64,000 nucleotides of DNA. Origin: Blepharisma stoltei ATCC 30299. Lineage: Eukaryota > Protista > Ciliophora. Of this stretch, positions 56,088 to 64,000 are shown in pieces. The stretch covers positions 712,617 through 776,616 of the forward strand of contig CBFDEM010000044.1 of the NCBI GenBank assembly GCA_965603825.1. Direction: 5' to 3'. The notes under the pieces are model-generated. The model made no database searches and had not been told where the DNA came from. It saw nothing but the letters and a program-made list of their open reading frames with translations. The position numbers and the translations under genes are program-made. Numbering within the stretch: position 1 is the first letter of the stretch; the number at the start of each line of letters is the position of its first letter.

Positions 56088-56310
56088 CTGCTAATATGTT
56101 ATAAATCTAAATTAAATATAAGCGAATTTTATATGAAAACTGCGTACTGGATCTTAGCGAATTTCTCATCCAATCTTAGCAGAATATTTGATTAATTATC
56201 TATATTTTTTATTCCTATAATTATCAGCAATACTCCCTTTAAAATCAATTTTTTATTAACTTCCAATTTGAAAAGAAGTCTATAGGGGGCTTTTGACGAA
56301 TATAAAAATA

Positions 56311-57474
56311 ATGTCAGATACCGCTGCACCTTCTTTCAGCAAAAACCTTCAAAATACACTCATAGCTGACAAAACTCGCTATTCTACTCAAATTTCAAGA
56401 AACATAAATCCCGGCGAAATCCTCTCAAAATACGAAGGCTGAGTACAATACTTCCATTTTTCACAAAAGCACTCTGAACTTATTGATTTAGTCAAATGCC
56501 TAAGCCTTCTAACAGGCTTAAAATCAGATTACATCTTTACCTATTTTGGTGCAGCCCTTCAAAACGTAGAGTCTGCTTGAATCCCATCAGAAATCACTGC
56601 AAAGCTTCCAAATAACACCTTCATCACATATATCCCAAAAGAAGAAACCAAGGCAAATAATACTTCGTTAGATCGGTTCAAAAAGCCTGATAAAGAAGCC
56701 TGAAAATGAGCTGAAGAGGAATGAACTGAAGTCCTCGAAATCCCCCCTCGTTTTGCTTCAAAATTTAAAAAACTCGAGCTCATTAATAAAAATGGAAACA
56801 AAGCAGTTATTGAATATATCTCCAACAGGATTTTAGAGCCATGAAACTATATTGACAAGACAGATATTTCTAAATTTAATGGTGAGCCTGCTTACTTTAT
56901 TCCATGCAATTGTAGAGAAAGCCACCAGAACTGCTCAAACTCTGCGCACTGCTCATGCTCCAGAAGTTTGGTGCAAACGTTTAGGATACAAAGGTGCCTT
57001 ACTGTTAAAGGCCCCAAAAAGCATTTTTTGCCCCACAAGCTAAGTGAAGACTTCAGAATTATCGAGTGCAGTGACCAGTGTAACTGTAACAAAGACCTTT
57101 GTAGGATGTCTCTCTTTAGCAATGCTACTGCGCTTGGCCCTGAAAAATTCTATGTAAATGAAACAGCCCAAGGACAATGGGAGTTAAAATGCAAGATCAA
57201 ACTTAAACGAGGACAGTTTTTATTTGAGCTAGCTGGGATTTTAAGAGAATCACAGCCTGAAAAGAACTTTTTAAAACTCAGTGACGCCCATTATTTGGAT
57301 TTTGAAGCTACAAATATAAGCAGGTTTCTTGTTTATGGTGATAAACCAAATGTTATTGGAATAAAAATATTCAGTCATGTAAGCGAAAAATGAATATGCA
57401 GGGTTGGGATATTTGCTACGAGAAACATCAAGTTTGGAGAAGTTCTTATTTCTTCTCGCTCGGTTTTAATATAA
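56311..57474 (+). CDS. Pre-SET/SET-domain protein (SUV39/G9a-like fold) with degenerate catalytic motifs, 7 in-frame TGA
   Basis: Pre-SET CNC..C..CSC and IIECSDQCNC..C; SET IKLKRGQFLFELAG, NISRFL..PN and RVGIFATRNIKFGE. Confidence 0.8.
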
Positions 57475-57541
57475 TTTAACTATATTATAAAGCAATTTAA
57501 TCAAAAATTCATAATTTTTTCTTCAATTATAATTCTTTTTT

Positions 57542-59008
57542 ATGCTTGCTTTCTCAAGTAAAAGGCTTTTTGCTTCTAAGATATTCAACTCATCCGCCGA
57601 AGCTGTGGCTGACATGAAGAGTGGAATGGCAGTCATGATAGCAGGCTTTGGGCTGTGCGGAGTCCCAGAAAATCTGTTAAGAGCAGTTCACAACTTGAAA
57701 ATCAATAATCTCAAGCTCATCACCAACACTTCAGGCACTAATGAATTTGGGCCTGGACTCTTGATCAAGGATAGGATGGCTTCAAGTATTCACTGTTCCT
57801 ACCTAGGAGGAAACGAAACCTTGGAAAAACAGTATTTGAATGGCGAAATTGAGCTTGACCTCATTCCTCAAGGATCGTTGGCTGAAAGACTTAGAGCAGG
57901 CGCATGCGGCATTTCAGCTTTCTACACCCATACTGGTGCTGGCAGTTTGGTTGAAGAAGGAGGCTTTGTCCAGAAGTTTGGACCAGGAGGGAAAACAGTA
58001 GAGAAGGTCTCTGCCCCAAGGGAGGTCAGAATCTGGGGAGGTAAAAAATACATCCTCGAAGAAGCGCTCAGAGGAGACGTTGGCCTTATCAAGGCTTGGA
58101 AAGCAGACACTGAGGGCAACTTGATTTACAGAAAGACTGCTAGGAATTTCAACCCTGACATTGCTGGGTCTTCAAAAATTACGATTGCAGAAGTCGAAGA
58201 AATCGTCCCTGCAGGCACTTTCGACCCAGACCAGATCCATACTCCTGGTATTTTCGTTCATAGAATCGTTAAAGGTGAGTATTTCGAAAAGCCAATTGAA
58301 AGGCTGGCTCTTAATACTGGAGATAAAATCCAGCTTCCTGGGACTCCTGAACAAATCAGGAAACGTGAGAGAATTGCTAAAAGAGTTTCCAAAGAAATCA
58401 AGGACGGAATGTATGTGAACTTAGGTATTGGAATGCCAACCTTAGTGCCAAACTACTTACCAAAGGGCATCAAAATTGTGCTACATGGTGAAAATGGACT
58501 GCTAGGAATAGGGCCATACCCGAAATCAGGTGAGCAAGACCCAGACGTTATTAATGCTGGCAAAGAAACTATCACAATGGTACAGGGCTCTTCAATTTTC
58601 TCAAGTAGCACTAGTTTCGCTATTGTCCGTGGTGATCATCTTGATTTAACTATTCTCGGAGGCCTACAAGTGTCCCAGGATGGAGATCTCGCAAACTGGA
58701 TTGTCCCAGGCAAAATGGTGAAGGGAATGGGAGGAGCGATGGACTTAGTTGACAGCCACTCGAAATGCATTGTCTGTATGGAGCACACTTCTAAAGGAGC
58801 TCCAAAGATCCTCAAAAAATGTTCTCTCCCACTAACAGGCAAGAAAGTTGTAAGAATGCTTGTGACCGAGTACGGAGTTTTCGAATTCCGAAGAGACACT
58901 GGAATGACTCTAGTTGAAATTGCTAACGACATCACTCTTGATAAACTGAAAGAAATTACAGGTGCCCAGTTCTACATTGGATCTGATTTGAAGAAGATCG
59001 AAGAATAA
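57542..59008 (+). CDS. OXCT1: Succinyl-CoA:3-ketoacid CoA transferase (SCOT), copy 2
   Basis: Near-identical to 17621-19084 on the opposite strand. Confidence 0.95.
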   Translation: MLAFSSKRLFASKIFNSSAEAVADMKSGMAVMIAGFGLCGVPENLLRAVHNLKINNLKLITNTSGTNEFGPGLLIKDRMASSIHCSYLGGNETLEKQYLNGEIELDLIPQGSLAERLRAGACGISAFYTHTGAGSLVEEGGFVQKFGPGGKTVEKVSAPREVRIWGGKKYILEEALRGDVGLIKAWKADTEGNLIYRKTARNFNPDIAGSSKITIAEVEEIVPAGTFDPDQIHTPGIFVHRIVKGEYFEKPIERLALNTGDKIQLPGTPEQIRKRERIAKRVSKEIKDGMYVNLGIGMPTLVPNYLPKGIKIVLHGENGLLGIGPYPKSGEQDPDVINAGKETITMVQGSSIFSSSTSFAIVRGDHLDLTILGGLQVSQDGDLANWIVPGKMVKGMGGAMDLVDSHSKCIVCMEHTSKGAPKILKKCSLPLTGKKVVRMLVTEYGVFEFRRDTGMTLVEIANDITLDKLKEITGAQFYIGSDLKKIEE

Positions 59009-59097
59009 TAGCTAAGGCTCCATAATTTAACACCTCTATTAATATTTAATGGAAATAAAAATACATCTTCATGCCTCTTAATGTAAATATAATATTG

Positions 59098-60543
59098 TTA
59101 TTTATCGCTAACAAAGAGCAATCTGAATTCATTTTGATCAAGAATTCCTCCCCCATCAATATCTGCTGATGCTACCATTTCAGTCCAAACATTATCAGCT
59201 ACCCTTTCATCAGCTTGCAGTGCGATTTTTAGCTCTGAAGCAGTTATTTGCTTGTCGCCTTCCTGGTCAAACATATCAAAAGCTGCATTTAAATTTTCAG
59301 CTGAAACCAGAGTGTTATAGTCTATTGCCGCTTTTATAAACTCTGTATAAGAGATGTATCCATAGTTTCCAGTGTCCACAATTCTAATAATATTTTCAGC
59401 TTCTTCAGCTCCTCCAACTTCTTTGCCTAAGAACTTTTTAAGCCCTTCAACAAGATCATCCTTGTCTATTTTCCCATCATTATCCGCATCTAAAATTAAA
59501 AAAATTTCCACAAGACTGCTTATGTCACTTTGATAAAACAGTTGAGATGCTATATAAGTCAAAATTGTCTCAGCCAGCTTATTTTTTCTTGGATATGTCA
59601 TTAAGTTATTCAAAGCAGCTTGAACAGGCTCTGCAGTCTGGCTGTGGTTGTATTTAGCCTTTTGTATGAAAGGATGGTTCAGTGCTTCTTTGGCTGAAGG
59701 TCTTTTATTTTCTTTTTGAAGCAACTGACTAATAAAATCCTTACCTTCATCAGAAACATTCCAAAGATGCTCAACCATCTTATACCTCCCTGCTTTAACA
59801 TTTTCAATAATTTCTTCATCAGTATCCCCTGTAAACGGAGGAAAGCCTGTAAAAAGAGTATAGACTATCACCCCTAAGCTTCAGAGGTCACATTTTTCGT
59901 TATAACTCCCATGGATGACCTCAGGCGCGACATAATATGTCACAGACTGAGGGTCGCTGATTCTTTTCCCTGGAATAATTTTGCACGAATTCCCCAGGCC
60001 AATAAGTTTGATTTGTACTCCGTCAATGATGATACTTTCTGGCTTCAAGTCTCTTATCACGATATTCATCTCATGAAGATAAGAAAAGCATAACAAAATG
60101 CTTCGGGCTATTACGGCAACTTCATACTCTGTGAAGGTTCTGTGCTCGAGGATTTCTTGGAAAAGCTCTGTCCCTCGAGTATACTCCATGACGATATAAT
60201 ATTGTGACTGATCCTCAAAAAGTTCATAAAGTTTTATAATATAAGGGTGGTCCAAGTATTTCAAAACTTCAATTTCTCGCTGGAAAAAATCTCTATTATT
60301 ATTTAAATGAAGGATGGCCTTTTTGTAGATCTTCACTGCCCTCAATTTTCCTGATTTTTTGTGAGTGCATTCGTATACTTCGGTAAATTCGCCAGAACCT
60401 TGCAGTTTGTTAAGATTATATATATCTCCGAACCAGTGAAGATTTCTATGTACAAATGTGTTTGGCCTGATAAGCAAATCCTCAACTCTTCTTACTGCTA
60501 CCGGCCTCATTTCTACGTTATTCCTGAAGTGCCCACAGCCCAT
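59098..60543 (-). CDS. Calcium-dependent protein kinase-like protein (kinase + 4 EF-hands), probable pseudokinase, 1 in-frame TGA
   Basis: MGCG start, RAVK, IRDLKPES, IKLIGLG, YYVAPE, CDLW(TGA 59881)SLGV and four EF loops. Confidence 0.9.
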
Positions 60544-61615
60544 TACCTTTTAATAGGGTCAATAAATTACCAGACCATTCTGAGCGTTTTTAATAATTTT
60601 GAGAATAAAAAACTTACATCTAGCATTAAATAGCTTACTGAAAAACAAAAATATATATCCTCTTTTGCAGCTGGGAAAAAAGTCATTATTTTAAAAAATC
60701 CTGTTTTGAATAAAAAATTTTGGAAATGAAATAAAATAAGAAAATTCATAAAATACATTTACTCAGCTGACAGCTTAAGCCCTCCAGAGCATGATGTAAA
60801 GATGGATAACTTTTGTAGCAAAATATCTTATGAATATTCTACATATCTATGCTGACAGAGACTTGGCAGAGCATTTGACACTAAGTTTAAAAGCTGATGG
60901 ACCATTTTCAGCTACTATTCCAATACGAAACACCCCTCAGTTTAAGTTTGAAGAGTAAGTATAGAGATTGCGTTGCTTCTTATTTAGAAGAGAAATTAGA
61001 CGTCCTTAATGGAATCGGTGCAAGCTCACTTGATGAGTTTTATATCTCTCTTTCCATTAAGAGAGAAAATTAAGTCGAAAAACTTGCAACAAAATGAAAT
61101 AGACTCCCCCAAAATTATTTATTCGGAAACCTTTGTGCCTTTATAAAGAAATTTAGAAAAGGCAAATAAAATGATTTTTGGACGTCATGGTACCCAATTT
61201 GTCTTCTTTGTCAGCGCTGCCCAAGCAAATATGATTTGTGGATCTTAAAGAAAGCATCAAATTTTTAAAAAGCTTAAAAATTGCTTTAAAAAAACATTTT
61301 CACTACGAAATATAAGCCAGATTGATCAATAAAAGATATTGAAAGAGTGAATAGCAAAAGATTATTAAATGAGACCTATTTATTATAATTCTATTTTATC
61401 CATCAAAGTTAATATTTTCGTCTCTAAATTAAACTTGTAGTAACTAAGAATTTAGTTATTTGGGGATAATTTTTAATATTTCAAATAGATAATTTTGATA
61501 TATTCTATTTTTAATTCAATTATATTAATATGAAGGAAATAGTAAATTAAGCTGATAAGTTCTTTCTGATCTTTTCGATGACCAAAGCTTGATCAGATCG
61601 GATAGAGTTTAGAAT

Positions 61616-64000
61616 GGGTGTTAGGGTGTTAGGGTGTTAGGGTGTTAGGGTGTTAGGGTGTTAGGGTGTTTAGGGTGTTAGGGTGTTAGGGTGTTAGGGT
61701 GTTAGGGTGTTAGGGTGTTAGGGTGTTAGGGTGTTAGGGTGTTAGGGTGTTAGGGTGTTAGGGTGTTAGGGTGTTAGGGTGTTAGGGTGTTAGGGTGTTA
61801 GGGTGTTAGGGTGTTAGGTGTTAGGGTGTTAGGGTGTTAGGGTGTTAGGGTGTTAGGGTGTTAGGGTGTTAGGGTGTTAGGGTGTTAGGGTGTTAGGGTG
61901 TTAGGGTGTTAGGGTGTTAGGGTGTTAGGGTGTTAGGGTGTTAGGGTGTTAGGGTGTTAGGGTGTTAGGGTGTTAGGGTGTTAGGGTGTTAGGGTGTTAG
62001 GGTGTTAGGGTGTTAGGGTGTTAGGGTGTTAGGGTGTTAGGGTGTTAGGGTGTTAGGGTGTTAGGGTGTTAGGGTGTTAGGGTGTTAGGGTGTTAGGGTG
62101 TTAGGGTGTTAGGGTGTTAGGGTGTTAGGGTGTTAGGGTGTTAGGGTGTTAGGGTGTTAGGGTGTTAGGGTGTTAGGGTGTTAGGGTGTTAGGGTGTTAG
62201 GGTGTTAGGGTGTTAGGGTGTTAGGGTGTTAGGGTGTTAGGGTGTTAGGGTGTTAGGGTGTTAGGGTGTTAGGGTGTTAGGGTGTTAGGGTGTTAGGGTG
62301 TTAGGGTGTTAGGGTGTTAGGGTGTTAGGGTGTTAGGGTGTTAGGGTGTTAGGGTGTTAGGGTGTTAGGGTGTTAGGGTGTTAGGGTGTTAGGGTGTTAG
62401 GGTGTTAGGGTGTTAGGGTGTTAGGGTGTTAGGGTGTTAGGTGTTAGGGTGTTAGGGTGTTAGGGTGTTAGGGTGTTAGGGTGTTAGGGTGTTAGGGTGT
62501 TAGGGTGTTAGGGTGTTAGGGTGTTAGGGTGTTAGGGTGTTAGGGTGTTAGGGTGTTAGGGTGTTAGGGTGTTAGGGTGTTAGGGTGTTAGGGTGTTAGG
62601 GTGTTAGGGTGTTAGGGTGTTAGGGTGTTAGGGTGTTAGGGTGTTAGGGTGTTAGGGTGTTAGGGTGTTAGGGTGTTAGGTGTTAGGGTGTTAGGGTGTT
62701 AGGGTGTTAGGGGTTGGTTAGGGTGTTAGGGTGTTAGGGTGTTAGGGTGTTAGGGTGTTAGGGTGTTAGGGTGTTAGGGTGTTAGGGTGTTAGGGTGTTA
62801 GGGTGTTAGGGTGTTAGGGTGTTAGGGTGTTAGGGTGTTAGGGTGTTAGGGTGTTAGGGTGTTAGGGTGTTAGGGTGTTAGGGTGTTAGGGTGTTAGGGT
62901 GTTAGGGTGTTAGGGTGTTAGGGTGTTAGGGTGTTAGGGTGTTAGGGTGTTAGGGTGTTAGGGTGTTAGGGTGTTAGGGTGTTAGGGTGTTAGGGTGTTA
63001 GGGTGTTAGGGTGTTAGGGTGTTAGGGTGTTAGGGTGTTAGGGTGTTAGGGTGTTAGGGTGTTAGGGTGTTAGGGTGTTAGGGTGTTAGGGTGTTAGGGT
63101 GTTAGGGTGTTAGGGTGTTAGGGTGTTAGGGTGTTAGGGTGTTAGGGTGTTAGGGTGTTAGGGTGTTAGGGTGTTAGGGTGTTAGGGTGTTAGGGTGTTA
63201 GGGTGTTAGGGTGTTAGGGTGTTAGGGTGTTAGGGTGTTAGGGTGTTAGGGTGTTAGGGTGTTAGGGTGTTAGGGTGTTAGGGTGTTAGGGTGTTAGGGT
63301 GTTAGGGTGTTAGGGTGTTAGGGTGTTAGGGTGTTAGGGTGTTAGGGTGTTAGGGTGTTAGGGTGTTAGGGTGTTAGGGTGGTTAGGGTGTTAGGGTGTT
63401 AGGGTGTTAGGGTGTTAGGGTGTTAGGGTGTTAGGGTGTTAGGGTGTTAGGGTGTTAGGGGTGTTAGGGTGTTAGGGTGTTAGGGTGTTAGGGTGTTAGG
63501 GTGTTAGGGTGTTAGGGTGTTAGGGTGTTAGGGTGTAGGGTGTTAGGGTGTTAGGGTGTTAGGGTGTTAGGGTGTTAGGGTGTTAGGGTTAGGTGTTAGG
63601 GTGTTAGGGTGTTAGGGGTGTTAGGGTGTTAGGGTGTTAGGGTGTTAGGGTGTTAGGGTGTTAGGGTGTTAGGGTGTTAGGGTGTTAGGGTGTTAGGGTG
63701 TTAGGTGTTAGGGTGTTAGGGTGTTAGGTGTTGGTGTTAGGGTGTTAGGGTGTTAGGGTGTTAGGGTGTTAGGGTGTTAGGGTGTTAGGGTGTTAGGGTG
63801 TTAGGGTGTTAGGGTGTTAGGGTGTTAGGGTGTTAGGAGTGTTAGGGTGTTAGGGTGTTAGGGTGTTAGGGGTGTTTGGGTGTTAGGGTGTTAGGGTGTT
63901 AGGGTGTTAGGGTAGTTAGAGGTGTTAGGGTGTTAGGGGTGTGTTAGGGTGTTAGGGTGTTAGGGTGTTAGGGTGTTAGGGTGTTAGGGTGTTAGGGTGT
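61616..64000 (+). repeat. Telomere, (TGTTAGGG)n = (CCCTAACA)n, about 300 units, running to the window end
   Basis: 8-mer tandem array with the G-rich strand oriented toward the end; this unit is known from heterotrich ciliates. Confidence 0.97.

Noticed and set aside
16154-59008. Functional cluster of mitochondrial genes (PDP, SCOT x2, ETFDH, COQ6)
   Set aside because: The genes are scattered among unrelated ones on both strands, which is compatible with chance.
19892-60543. Many pseudogenes with premature stops
   Set aside because: The interruptions are TGA at conserved Trp sites, or TAA/TAG inside removable 15-17-nt GT-AG introns.
60790-61260. Short ORFs in the subtelomeric spacer
   Set aside because: The ones I read are under 50 codons, in competing frames, with no recognisable motif.
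61616-64000. CRISPR array or internal satellite
   Set aside because: It is a spacer-less 8-mer with telomeric G-strand polarity at the end of eukaryotic sequence.
1-64000. Transposons, retained IESs, tRNA or rRNA genes
   Set aside because: No transposase/RT ORF, terminal inverted repeat, gene-interrupting insert or cloverleaf was recognised by eye; a tRNAscan/Rfam run would be needed to be sure.

Overview
This is eukaryotic, gene-dense, AT-rich DNA forming the end of a chromosome, most likely from a heterotrich ciliate macronucleus (Blepharisma-like). Three sequence features support this. (1) An ~2.4-kb terminal (TGTTAGGG)n, i.e. CCCTAACA, telomere runs from 61616 to the window end. (2) In-frame TGA repeatedly falls on conserved Trp positions, while TAA/TAG remain stops, so UGA=Trp. 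(3) There are tiny 15-17-nt GT-AG introns, each with an A six bases from the 3' end. The supplied ORF track therefore fragments many genes. Re-reading gives about 29 coding genes: a >5,100-aa repetitive giant protein with Sfi1-like and IQ motifs, UMP-CMP kinase, PDP-type PP2C, two inverted near-identical SCOT genes, ATG8, THOC2, a Kv-beta-type AKR, RPL37, a CS/p23 protein, DYRK, a UBA-USP, ETF-QO, a 12-repeat putative microtubule-inner protein, an IQCE-like/EF-hand protein, a two-repeat Myb, COQ6, CSN4, HDDC2, a DHHC, a second PP2C, a SET protein, a CDPK and several unknowns. The most notable items are: a single-chain DOMON + cytochrome b561 + cytochrome b5 + FNR-type reductase (a candidate self-contained trans-membrane electron wire); the giant protein; strongly gene-dependent TGA/TGG usage; four enzymes with degenerate catalytic motifs; a hidden 59-aa PNRC/Edc1-like micro-ORF; and a candidate two-hairpin ncRNA. 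All family calls come from motif recognition by eye; no searches were run.
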